A DNA stretch of 64,000 bases, taken from Eledone cirrhosa. Its lineage: Eukaryota. A model generated the notes under the pieces. The model saw nothing but the letters and a program-made list of their open reading frames with translations. It was not told where the DNA came from and did not search any database. Position numbers and translations under genes: made by a program. Where the stretch lies: NCBI GenBank assembly GCA_964016885.1, contig OZ024764.1, positions 26,908,001 through 26,972,000 on the forward strand, given 5' to 3'. This document shows positions 1 to 12,269 of this stretch, in pieces (the first letter of the stretch is position 1; the number at the start of each line of letters is the position of its first letter).

Positions 1-1052
1 GATGAAACGAGAGAGTGAGAGCTAGAGGAAACGAGAGCTAGAGGAAACGAGAGAGAGAGGAAACGAGAGAGAGGATACGAGAGAGAGGAAACGAGAGTAG
101 AGAGCGAGATGAAACAGGAGAGAGAGAGCGAGATGAAACAGGAGAGAGAGAGCGAGATGAAACGAGAGGGAGAGAGAGATGAAACGAGAGAGCGAGAGAG
201 AGATAGAGGGAGATGAAACGACAGAGAGAGAGACAGATGAAACGAGGGAGATAGAGATGAAACGAGAGAGAGAGATGAAACGAGAGAGAGGAAGAGAGAG
301 ATGGAACGAGAGAGAGGAAGAGAGAGATGGAACGAGAGAGAGGAAGACAGAGATGAAACGAGAGAGAGAGAGAGCGAGATGAAACGAGAGAGAGGAAGAG
401 AGAGAACGCGAGATGAAACGAGAGAGAGAGCAAGATGAAACGAGAGAGAGGAAGAGAGAGCGCAAGATGAAACGAGAGAGAGAGAGCGCGAGATGAAAGT
501 CTGTCATGTAATGTTATGGACATATCTGCCCTTGGGGCTAATAATTGTCATGTAATGTTATGGAAATCTCTGTCCCTGTGGCTAATAATTCTGTCATGTA
601 ATGTTATGGACATCTCTGCCCCTGTGGCTAATAATTCTGTCATGTAATGTTATGAACATCTCTGCCCCTGTGGCTAATAAATCTGTCATGTAATGTTATG
701 GACATCTCTGCCCCTGTGGCTAATAATTCTGACATGTAATGTTATGGACATCTCTGCCCCTGTGGCTAATAAATATGACATGTAATGTTATGGACATCTC
801 TGCCCCTGTGGCTAATAAATCTGTCATGTAATGTTATGGACATCTCTGCCCCTGGGGCTAATAATTCTGACATGTAATGTTATGGACATCTCTGCCCCTG
901 TGGCTAATAAATCTGTCATGTAATGTTATGGACATCTCTGCCCCTGTGGCTAATAATTCTGACATGTAATGTTATGGACATCTCTGCCCCTGTGGCTAAT
1001 AATTCTGACATGTAATGTTATGGACATCTCTGCCCCTGTGGCTAATAATTCT
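1..1052 (+). repeat. Composite satellite, purine-rich (GA) orientation: end of a GAGATGAAAC(GA)n block followed by ~12 copies of the 46-bp monomer
   Basis: Repeated GAGATGAAAC units to ~499. CATGTAATG then recurs at a 46-bp period (549, 595...). Confidence 0.97.
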
Positions 1053-4000
1053 GATTTATTAGCCACAGGGGCAGAGATGTCCATAACATTACATGACAGA
1101 ATTATTAGCCACAGGGGCAGAGATGTCCATAACATTACATGTCAGAATTATTAGCCACAGGGGCAGAGATGTCCATAACATTACATGTCAGAATTATTAG
1201 CCACAGGGGCAGAGATGTCCATAACATTACATGACAGAATTATTAGCCACAGGGGCAGAGATGACCATAACATTACATGACAATTATTAGCCACAGGGTC
1301 AGATATGTCAATAACATTACATGACAGAGTTTCATCTTGCGCGCTCTCTCGTTTCATCTCGCTCTCCCTCTCTCTCGTTTCATCTCTGTCTTCCTCTCTC
1401 TCGTTTCATCTCGCTCTCTCTCTCTCTCGTTTCATCTCTGTCTTCCTCTCTCTCGTTCCATCTCTCACTTCCTCTCTCTCGTTCCATCTCTCTCTTCCTC
1501 TCTCTCGTTTCATCTCGCTCTCCCTCTCTCTCGTTTCATCTCTGTCTCTCTCTCTGTCGTTTCATCTCGCGCTCTCTCTCTCTCTCGTTTCATCTTGCGC
1601 TCTCTCTCTCTCTCGTTTCGTCTTGCTCTCTCTCTCTCTCGTTTCATCTCTGTCTTCCTCTCTCTCGTTCCATCTCTCTCTTCCTCTCTCTCGTTCCATC
1701 TCTCTCATCCTCTCTCTCGTTTCATCTCTATCTCCCTCCTTTCATCTGTCTCTCTCTCTCTCGTTTCATCTTGCGCTCTCTCTCTCTCGTTTCATCTCGC
1801 TCTCTCTCTCGTTTCATCTCTGTCTTCCTCTCTCTCGTTCCATCTCTCTCTTCCTCTCTCTCGTTCCATCTCTCTCTTCCTCTCTCTCGTTTCATCTCTA
1901 TCTCCCTTCTTTCATCTGTCTCGCTCTCTGTAGTTTCATCTCGCGCTCTCTCTCTCTCGTTTCATGTCGCGCTCTCTCTCTCTCGTTTCATCTCGCTCTC
2001 TCTCTCTCGTTTCATCTCTGTCTTCCTCTCTCTCGTGCCATCTCTCTCTTCCTCTCTCTCGTTCCATCTCTCTCTTCCTCTCTCTCGTTTCATCTCTATC
2101 TCCCTTGTTTCATCTCTCTCTCGCTCTCTCGTTTCATCTCTCTCTCCCTCTCGTTTCATCTCGCTCTCTCTCTCCTGTTTCATCTCGCTCTCTCTCTCTC
2201 GTTTCATCTCTGTCTTCCTCTCTCTCGTTCCATCTCTGTCTTCCTCTCTCTCGTTCCATCTCTCTCTTCCTCTCCCTCGTTTCATCTCTCTCTCGCTCTC
2301 TCGTTTCATCTCTCTCTCCCTCTCATTTCATCTCGCTCTCTCTCTCCTGTTTCATCTCGCTCTCTACTCTCGTTTCCTCTCTCTCTCTCGTTTCATCTCT
2401 CTCTCCCTCCCGTTTCATCTCGCTCTCTCTCTCTCATTTCATCTCGCTCTCTCTCTCTCGTTTCATCTCGCTCTCCCTCTCTCGTTTCATCCCGCTCTCA
2501 CTCTCTCATTTCTTCTCGCTCTCTCTCTCTTGTTTCAACACTCTAATCCCTCACTTGTTTACTATCTCTCAGAATTATTAGCCACAGGGACAGAGATGAC
2601 CATAACATTACATGTCAGAATTATTAGCCACAAGGGCAGAGATGTCCATAACATTACATGACAGAATTATTAGCCACAGGGGCAGAGATGACCATAACAT
2701 TACATGAAAATTATTAGCCACAGGGGCAGATATGTCAATAACATTACATGACAGAGTTTCATCTCGCGCTCTCTCTCTCTCTCGTTTCATCTTGCGCTCT
2801 CTCTCTCTCTCGTTTCATCTTGCTCTCTCTCTCGTTTCATCTCTGTCTTCCTCTCTCTCGTTCCATCTCTCTCTTCCTCTCCCTCGTTCCATCTCTCTCA
2901 TCCTCTCTCTCGTTTCATCTCTATCTCCCTCCTTTCATCTGTCTCTCTCTCTGTCGTTTCATCTCGCGCTCTCTCTCTCTCGTTTCATCTCGCGCTCTCT
3001 CTGTCTCGTTTCATCTCGCTCTCTCTCGTTTCATCTCTGTCTTCCTCTCTCTCGTTCCATCTCTCTCTTCCTCTCTCTCGTTCCATCTCTCTCTTCCTCT
3101 CTCTCGTTTCATCTCTATCTCCCTCGTTTCATCTCTCTCTCGCTCTCTCGTTTCATCTCTCTCTCCCGCTCGTTTCTTCTCGCTCTCTCTCTCCTGTTTC
3201 ATCTCGCTCTCTACTCTCGTTTCCTCTCTCTCATTTCCTCTCTCTCTCGTTTCATCTCTGTCTCGTTTCATCTCGCTCTCTCTCTTTCTCGTTTGATCTC
3301 GCTCTCACTCTCTCGTTTCATCTCGCTTCTCTCACTCTCTTGTTTCATCTCGCTCTCTCTCTCTCTTCCTCTCTCTCTCTTGTTTCAACACTCTAATCCC
3401 TCACTTGTTTTATCTCTCTCTAATCCCTCACTTGGTTCATCTCTCTCAGAATTATTAGCCACAGGGGCAGAGATGTCCATAACATTGCATGTCAGAATTA
3501 TTAGCCACAGGGCAGAGATGTCCATAACATTACGTCAGAATTATTAGCCACAGGGGCAGAGATGTCCATAACATTACATGTCAGAATTATTAGCCACAGG
3601 GGCAGAGATGTCCATAACATTACATGACAGAATTATTAGCCACAGGGGCAGAGATGTCCATAACATTACATGTCAGAATTATTAGCCATAGGGGCAGAGA
3701 TGTCCATAACATTACATGACAATTATTAGCCCCAAGGGCAGATATGTCGATAACATTACATGAGAGAGTTTCATCTCGCGCTCTCTCTCTTCCTCTCTCT
3801 CGTTTCATCTCTGTCTTCCTCTCTCTCGTTCCATCTCCCTCTTCCTCTCTCTCGTTCCATCTCTCTCTTCCTCTCTCTCGTTTCATCTCTATCTCCCTCC
3901 TTTCATCTGTCTCTCTCTCTGTCGTTTCATCTCGCGCTCTCTCTCTCTCGTTTCATCTTGCGCTCTCTCTCTCTCGTTTCATCTCGCTCTCTCTCTCTCT

Positions 4001-7000
4001 CGTTTCATCTATGTCTTCCTCTCTCTCTTCCTCTCTCTCGTTTCATCTCTATCTCCCTCGTTTCATCTCTCTCTCGCTCTCTCGTTTCATCTCTCTCTCC
4101 CTCTTGTTTCATCTCGCTCTCTACTCTCGTTTCCTCTCTGTCTCGTTCCATCCCGCTCTCTCTCTCTCTCATTGCATCTCGCTCTCTCTGTCTCGTTTCA
4201 TCTCGCTCTCACTCTCTCGTTTCAACACTCTAATCCCTCACTTGTTTTATATCTCTCTAATCCCCCACTTGTTTCATCTCTCTCAGAATTATTAGCCACA
4301 GGGGGAGAGATGTCCATAACATTACATGTAAGAATTATTAGCCACAGGGGCAGAGATGTCCATAACATTACATGACAGAATTATTAGCCACAGGGCCAGT
4401 GATGTCCATAACATTACATGACAATTATTAGCCCGAAGGGCAGATATGTCCATAACATTACATGACAGAGTTTCATCTCGCGCTCTCTCTCTTGCTCTCT
4501 CTCGTTTCATCTCGCTCTCTCTCTCTCTCGTTTCATCTCGCTCTCTCGTTTCATCTCGCTCTCTCTCATTTCATCTCTGTCTTCCTCTCTCTCGTTCCAT
4601 CTCTCTCTTCCTCTCTCTCGTTCCATCTCTCTCTTCCTCTCTCTCGTTCCATCTCTCTCTTCCTCTCTCTCGTTTCATTTCTATCTCCCTCCTTTCATCT
4701 GTCTCTCTCTCTGTCGTTTCATCTCGCGCTCTCTCTCTCTCGATTCATCTCGCGCTCTCTCTCTCTCGTTTCATCTCGCTCTCTCTCTCTCTCGTTTCAT
4801 CTCTGTCTTCCTCTCTCTCGTTCCATCTCTCTCTTCCTCCCTCTCTTCCTCTCTCTCGTTTCATCACTATCTCCCTCGTTTCATCTCTCTCTCCCTCTCG
4901 TTTCATCTCGCTCTCTCTCTCCTGTTTCATCTCGCTCTCTACTCTCGTTTCCTCTCTGTCTCGTTCCATCCCGCTCTCTCTCTCTCTCATTACATCTCGC
5001 TCTCTCTGTCTCGTTTCATCTCGCTCTCTCTCTCTCTCGTTTCATCTCGCTCTCACTCTCTCGTTTCATCTCGCGTTTCATCTCACTCTCCCTGTCTCAT
5101 TTCATCTCGCTCTCTCTCTCTCTCTTCCTCTCTCTCTCTTGTTTCAACACTCTAATCCCTCACTTGTTTTATCTCTCTCTAATCCCTCACTTGTTTCATC
5201 TCTCTCAGAATTATTAGCCACAGGGGCAGAGATGTCCATAACATTACATGTCAGAATTATTAGCCACAGGGCAGAGATGTCCATAACATTACATGTCAGA
5301 GTTATTAGCCACAGGGGCAGAGATGTCCATAACATTACATGTCAGAATTATTAGCCACAGGGGCGGAGACGTCCATAACATTACATGACAGAATTATTAG
5401 CCACAGGGGCAGAGATGACCATAACATTACATGACAATTATTAGCCACAGGGGCAGATATATCAATAACATTACATGATAGAGTTTCATCTCGCGCTCTC
5501 TCTCTCTCGTTTCATCTTGCTCTCTCTCTCTCTCGTTTCATCTCTGTCTTCCTCTCTCTCGTTCCATCTCTCTCTTCCTCTCTCTCGTTCCATCTCTCTC
5601 ATCCTCTCTCTCGTTTCATCTCTATCTCCCTCCTTTCATCTGTCTCTCTCTCTGTCGTTTCATCTCGTGCTCTCTCTCTCTCGTTTCATCTCGCGCCCTC
5701 TCTGTCTCGTTTCATCTCGCTCTCTCTCTCTCTCGTTTCATCTCTGTCTTCCTCTCTCTCGTTCCATCTCTCTCTTCCTCTCTCTCTTCCTCTCTCTCGT
5801 TTCATCTCTATCTCCCTCGTTTCATCTCTCTCTCGCTCTCTCGTTTCATCGCTCTCTCCCTCTCGTTTCATCTCGCTCTCTACTCTCGTTTCCTCTCTGT
5901 CTCGTTCCATCCCGCTCTCTCTCTCTCACATTACATCTCGCTCTCTCTGTCTCGTTTCATCTCGCTCTCTCTCTCTCTCGTTTCATCTCGATCTCACTCG
6001 CTCGTTTCATCTCGCTTCTCTCACTATTGCGTTTCATCTCGCTCTCCCTGTCTCATTTCATCTCGCTCTCTCTCTCTCTCTTCCTCTCTCTCTCTCTTGT
6101 TTCAACACTCTAATCCCTCACTTGTTTTATCTCTCTCTAATCCCTCCCTTGTTTCATCTCTCTCAGAATTATTAGCCACTGGGGCAGAGATGTCCATAAC
6201 ATTACATGTCAGAGTTATTAGCCACAGGGGCAGAGATGTCCATAACATTACATGACAATTATTAGCCCCAAGGGCAGATATGTGCATAACATTACATGAC
6301 AGAGTTTCATCTCGCGCTCTCTCTCTCTCGTTTCATCTCGCGCTCTCTCCCTTCCTCTCTCTCGTTTCATCTCGATCTCTCTCTCTCTCGTTTCACCTCT
6401 GTCTTTCATCTCTCTCTTCCTCTCTCTCGTTCCATCTCTCTCTTCCTCTCTCTCGTTTCATCTCTATCTCCCTCCTTTCATCTGTCTCTCTCTCTGTCGT
6501 TTCATCTCGCGCTCTCTCTCTCTCCTTTCATCTCGTGCTCTCTCTCTCTCGTTTCATCTCGCTCTCTCTCTCTCTCGTTTCATCTCTGTCTTCCTCTCTC
6601 TCGTTCCATCTCTCTCTTCCTCTCTCTCTTCCTCTCTCTCGTTTCATCTCTATCTCCCTCGTTTCATCTCTCTCTCCCTCTCGTTTCATCTCGCTCTCTC
6701 TCTCCTGTTTCATCTCGCTCTCTACTCTCGTTTCCTCTCTCTCGTTTCCTCTCTGTCTCGTTCCATCCCGCTCTCTCTCTCTCTCATTACATCTCGCTCT
6801 CTCTGTCTCGTTTCATCTCGCTCTCTGTCTCTCTCGTTTCATCTCGCTCTCACTCTCTCGTTTCATCTCGCGTTTCATCTCACTCTCCCTGTCTCATTTC
6901 ATCTCGCTCTCTCTCTCTCTCTTGTTTCAACACTCTAATCCCTCACTTGTTTTATCTCTCTCTAATCCCTCACTTGTTTCATCTCTCTCAGAATTATTAG

Positions 7001-9120
7001 CCACAGGGGCAGAGATGTCCATAACATTACATGTCAGAATTATTAGCCACAGGGCAGAGATGTCCATAACATTACATGTCAGAATTATTAGCCACAGGGG
7101 CAGAGATGTCCATAACATTACATGTCAGAATTATTAGCCACAGGGGCGGAGACGTCCATAACATTACATGACAGAATTATTAGCCACAGGGGCAGAGATG
7201 ACCATAACATTACATGACAATTATTAGCCACAGGGGCAGATATATCAATAACATTACATGATAGAGTTTCATCTCGCGCTCTCTCTCTCTCTCGTTTCAT
7301 CTTGCGCTCTCTCTCTCTCATTTCATCTTGCTCTCTCTCTCTCTCGTTTCATCTCTGTCTTCCTCTCTCTCGTTCCATCTCTCTATTCCTCTCTCTCGTT
7401 CCATCTCTCTCATCCTCTCTCTCGTTTTATCTGTATCTCCCTCCTTCAATCTGTCTCTCTCTCTGTCGTTTCATCTCGTGCTCTCTCTCTCTCGTTTCAT
7501 CTCGCGCTCTCTCTGTCTCGTTTCATCTCGCTCTCTCTCTCTCTCTCGTTTCATCTCTGTCTTCCTCTCTCTCGTTCCATCTCTCTCTTCCTCTTTCTCG
7601 TTCCATCTTTCTCTTCCTCTCTCTCGTTTCATCTCTATCTCGCTCGTTTCATCTCTCTCTCGCTCTCTCGTTTCATCTCTCTCTCCCTCTCGTTTCATCT
7701 CCCTCTCTACTCTCGTTTCATCTCTGTCTCGTTCCATCCCGCTCTCTCTCTCTCTCATTACATCTCGCTCTCTCTGTCTCGTTTCATCTCGCTCTCTCTC
7801 GCTCTCGTTTCATCTCGCTCTCACTCTCTCGTTTCATCTCGCTTCTCTCACTATTGCGTTTCATCTCGCTCTCCCTGTCTCATTTCATCTCGCTCTCTCT
7901 CTCTCTCTTCCTCTTGTTTCAACACTCTAATCCCTCACTTGTTTTATCTCTCTCTAATCCCTCACTTGTTTCATCTCTCTCAGAATTATTAGCCACAGGG
8001 GCAGAGATGTCCATAACATTACATGTCAGAGTTATTAGCCACAGGGGCAGAGATGTCCATAACATTACATGACAGAGTTTCATCTCGCGCTCTCTCTCTC
8101 TCGTTTCATCTTGCTCTCTCTCTTCCTCTCTCGTTTCATCTCGCTCTCTCTCTCTCTCGTTTCACCTCTGTCTTCCATCTCTGTCTTCCTCTCTCTCGTT
8201 CCATCTCACTCTTCCTCTCTCTCATTTCATCTCTCTCTCTCTCGTTTCATCTGTCTCTCTCTCTGTCGTTTCATCTCCCTCTATCTCTCTCTCCCTCTCG
8301 TTTCATCTCGCTCTCTCTCTCCTGTTTCATCTCGCTCTCTCTCTCTCATTTCATCTCGCTCTCTCTCTCTCATTTCATCTCGCTCTCTCTCTCTCGTTTC
8401 ATCTCGCTCTCACTCTCTCGTTTCATCTCGCTCTCACTCTCTCGTTTCATCTCGCTCTCCCTGTCTCGTTTCATCTCGCTCACACTCTCTCATTTCATCT
8501 CGCTCTCTCTCTCTTCTTTCAACACTCTAATCCCTCACTTGTTTCATCTCTCTCAGAATTATTAGACACAGGGGCAGAGATGTCCATAACATTACATGTC
8601 AGAATTATTAGCCACAGGGGCAGAGATGTCCATAACATCACATGTCAGAATTATTAGCCACAGGGGCAGAGATGTCCATAACATTACATGTCAGAATTAT
8701 TAGCCACAGGGGCAGAGATGTCCATAACATTACATGACAGATTTATTAGCCACAGGGGCAGAGATGTCCATAACATTACATGGCAGATTTATTAGCCACA
8801 GGGGCAGAGATGTCCATAACATTACATGTCAGAATTATTAGCCACAGGGGCAGAGATGTCCATAACATTACATGACAGATTTATTAGCCACAGGGGCAGA
8901 GATGTCCATAACATTACATGACAGATTTATTAGCCACAGGGGCAGAGATGTCTATAACATTACATGACATAATTATTAGCCACAGGGGCAGAGATGTCCA
9001 TAACATTACATGACAGATTTATTAGCCATAGGGGCAGAGATGACCATAACATTACATGACAGAATTATTAGCCACAGGGGCAGAGATGTCCATAACATTA
9101 CATGACAGAATTATTAGCCA
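1053..9120 (-). repeat. Composite satellite, inverted (CT-rich) orientation: 46-bp blocks alternating with (TC)nGTTTCATCTC blocks
   Basis: Reverse complement of the same two monomers, with fixed junction motifs GACAGAGTTTCATCT and TTTCAACACTCTAATCCCTCACTTG in each unit. Confidence 0.97.
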
Positions 9121-9350
9121 CATGTAATGTTATGGACATCTCTGCCCCTGTGGCTAATAATTCTGTCATGTTATGTTATGGACATCTCTGCCCCTGTGGC
9201 TAATAATTCTGACATGTAATGTTAGGGACATCTCTGCCCCAGTGGCTCATAATTCTGACATGTAATGTTATGGACATCTCTGCCCCTGTGGCTAATAATT
9301 CTGTCATGTAATGTTATGGACATCTCTGCCCCTGTGGCTAATAATTCTGT
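9121..9350 (+). repeat. Five 46-bp monomers re-inverted to + orientation
   Basis: TTATTAGCCA|CATGTAATGTTATGG switch at 9121. The block ends at ATAATTCTGT, joined to non-satellite sequence. Confidence 0.95.
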
Positions 9351-9687
9351 TCAAATCTGACTGACATGCATGGTATATATTTATGTTTCATTAGACACCG
9401 CCACAATACACAGGAACTTATAAAGATATGTATATATTGTCCAGGAGTTTCGAGTTTAGTGGGAATTGTACAAATCTCAATTGGAGCTAGTCCCTGCAAG
9501 ATCAGCATAAATAATGTTATACCTTTTCATGAAATCTTGCACACCCGATATTTTATACATGATTATTTAAAGGTGAACAAAAACCGAAGAACATTGAGCA
9601 GCATTTCTCAACCTTTCTACCCATGTTGATCTCTTGAAATAGTTTTTATGTCTCAAGGAAGCCTTGCATAAAATATACTTTTTCTAT

Positions 9688-9750
9688 CTCTAGAGCAGTG
9701 GTTCCGAAATCGTGTGCTGTGAGATGAAACTAGATGAGCTGCAAAAGACT
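9688..9750 (+). mobile_element. hAT (Charlie-like) terminal fragment; also at 55898 and 58478
   Basis: CTCTAGAG (NTCTAGAN-type target) is immediately followed by CAGTGGTTCC(G/C)AAA. The other end was not found. Confidence 0.55.
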
Positions 9751-9811
9751 AAGATTAAGTTTTAAGATGTGAAAAATATAAAACTGAAATTTCATATAAA
9801 AGTTCAAATAT

Positions 9812-10082
9812 AGCTACAGCCACAAACCTAGGCTCCACACCCCGCAACGCAGAGGAGAGTAAGATAGTACTGAGGCCTGACTCACCTCTTCCACTCCATT
9901 GAGACCTCTGCCATACTTGGTCCCCCTACTGCTGATTTCCTCCATAAAGTCGGGAGGAAAGACGGCAGGAGCCTCGTGAAGAGGGGCAACTATTGTAGCA
10001 GGTGTCTCTGGCCTTGTTCCGAGGTAACGCTTTTACGTTTCTTCCACGTGTTGCGGCTGAGGGACCACTTAGACTGGGGTGA
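9812..10082 (+). pseudogene. 3' fragment of a CRE-like non-LTR retrotransposon (RLE endonuclease C-terminus); copies at ~56022-56292 and ~58602-58872
   Basis: Manual translation across frameshifts gives ..RNAEESK..IETSAILGPPTADFLHKVGRK..EPREEGQLL*QVSLALFRGNA. This fits the CRE C-terminal pattern ETxG..G....FL...G......R....L.QRlSxAxxRGNA. Confidence 0.7.
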
Positions 10083-10399
10083 AGTGTCTGTCCCTCCCCC
10101 GACTTATTACTTCCTTTTTTTTCTCCTTTTCAATTTCTTTTCTCTTCTTGCTTATCTCTGCTATACCACGGCATCAAAAAGATATATGATATATGTATGT
10201 ATGGTATAGGTGTATTTATATTTAGGATAGTTATCAAAGGTAAATAGACTGGTTGGAGTAATAACAGTCTTGTTTATGTATATACACACATATATACATA
10301 TATATATATATATATATGTTTGTTCTTGTATTTCTATAGAAAAGGTAAAGAAAAGAAGAGTGCTCTATGTATTGTACAGAGCTATTTAATTACATAATA

Positions 10400-11150
10400 A
10401 ACAACAGAATGGAAAACATTCAGACAGAGAAGAATGGATAATGAGCGTTGTAAGAGAAATTGGCCAACAATTAATATTAATGGAAATGTAGAAGAATTTC
10501 ATATTAGTGATATGAATGTTTCGTGTGATCACTGTGGAGCTTTGAAATTTAGAAATGAAAATTGTAACTGTTGTAATAAAGGAAAGGTTGTGTTGCCACC
10601 ATTGCAAATATACCCTGAGAGACTGAGAAATCTCTTTGAAAGAGGCCAGGAAGCAGTTGATTTCACAGAAACATCTGCAATTAAAACTACATTTATTTCA
10701 CTTCATTTGGTGTTACCACCCGGCAGAGGCCCGTATAGCTTTCATATTCAGGGTCAAACATATCACTACACCCCCATCTCTGTAACCTGTAGAAAATACA
10801 CCACAATATGGCCAGTTATATATTATTGATGGGAACGATGGTATGTAGCACAGATTGGAAGTACAACCAAATAATTGTTTCTGGCACAAGGCCAGTAATT
10901 ACTGGTACTTTATTCTATCGACCTCATAAGGATGAAAACAAAGTCAACCTTGGAGGGATTTGAACCCAGAACGTAAAGGGCCATAACCCTATGCTGTAAA
11001 GCATGGTGTCTGGCGCTCTACTGATACTGCCAATCCACCGCCCTAGTACCAACAAATAATTTCTGCTCACCACAAAAAATGGCTATGATAAGAGAAGTGT
11101 TGCATGAATGTAATCCATATGTCGAAGTGTACAATACAATGCATGGCATA
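10400..11150 (+). pseudogene. Helitron Rep-Hel N-terminal fragment (copy A)
   Basis: CDHCGALKFRNENCNCCNKGKVVLPPL zinc-finger-like motif, PPGRGPYSFHIQGQTYH and LHECNPYV. The reading frame is disrupted. Confidence 0.88.
10876..11043 (-). mobile_element. tRNA-derived SINE (CORE-type, octopus OR2-like) inside the Helitron; same insertion at 47546-47713 and 59704-59871
   Basis: Minus strand shows an A-box-like TGGCAGTATC, a B box GGTTCAAATCC and the core TTTCATCCTTATGAGGTCGATA. It has a ~15-bp degenerate TSD (GTACAACCAAATAAT / GTACCAACAAATAAT). Confidence 0.85.
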
Positions 11151-11279
11151 ACAAATGAATATATATATATATATATATATATATACTACTAAAGTGTATG
11201 TAAAATTTTAAAATAAATACTTAAATTCAATTTGTATAATTACACATACAATATGTTTTGTTGTAAAACCCTAAATAAT

Positions 11280-11452
11280 TGTTTCTACATTTGGCACAAG
11301 GCCAGCAATTACCCAGTGCATTACTGGTACTTTATTTTATCGACCCCGTAAGGATGAAAGGCAAAATTAACCTCGGCGGGATTTGAACTCAGATCGTAAA
11401 GGGACGTAACTATGCTGGAAAGCATGGCGTCCGACCCTCTACCGATACTGCC
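11280..11452 (-). mobile_element. tRNA-derived SINE with perfect 14-bp TSD; absent from paralogous copy D
   Basis: TSD AAACCCTAAATAAT at 11266-11279 and 11453-11466. The empty site is at ~60082-60095. Confidence 0.9.
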
Positions 11453-11908
11453 AAACCCTAAATAATGATTTAAGAAATGATGTCAATCTCTTTGTACAGA
11501 GAAAAACAATTTATATATATGCATCGTGTGCGCGTGTATACTCCATTTAAGACAGCGACAAACCTAGTACCTCCTTCAAAGAATGCCAAATAGTTTATGC
11601 CTAAGGTGTAACACTAATTAAGTTACCGGTGTAGATATTTCAGTTGAACCTTGCTTCAAACATGCATATTATTATTATATATTTTCAAACACACTTACAT
11701 ACATTATATTTATACACATAGAAATAATAAGTTAAAACTAAAGTATAATGATATAACAACAGTATATAATAGTTTTCTTCACTTTATTGAGATGCAATCG
11801 TTTTAAAGAAAAAACATGACAGTATAAGAAATATTTAATATGATAACATAATATTTCAGGTAGGATGGTGGTTTCTCTATGATGGTGGTTTCTCTTTGAA
11901 CTAATAAT

Positions 11909-12073
11909 TGTTTCTATTTTAGGCACAAGGTCAGTAATTAACCAGTACATTACTGGTACTTTATTTTATCGACCCCGTAAGGATGAAAGGCAAAGTTGAC
12001 CTCGGATCGTAAAGGGACGTAACTATGCTGGAAAGCATGGCGTCAGACCCTCTACCGATACTGCCAATTCACC
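11909..12073 (-). mobile_element. tRNA-derived SINE with internal deletion of the B box; paralog at 60508-60672
   Basis: Same family as 11280-11452, but CCTCGG joins directly to ATCGTAAAGGG. Confidence 0.85.
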
Positions 12074-12269
12074 ATACAGTATAATTATACAAATATGCAT
12101 ATAGATAGCAATATATATACACTAATATGTATGTACATATTTACAAATATGTACATATATATAGGGAGAGAGCGAGACACATGTATGTATATATATATAC
12201 ACATGCGTGTATGTATGTGTGTTTATGTACATTCTTCTGTATATATATATGAGTCACAGTTTATTACAC

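Noticed and set aside
500-9350. 46-bp repeats as a CRISPR array
   Set aside because: The monomers are head-to-tail with no unique spacers, there are no cas genes, and the context is eukaryotic transposon DNA.
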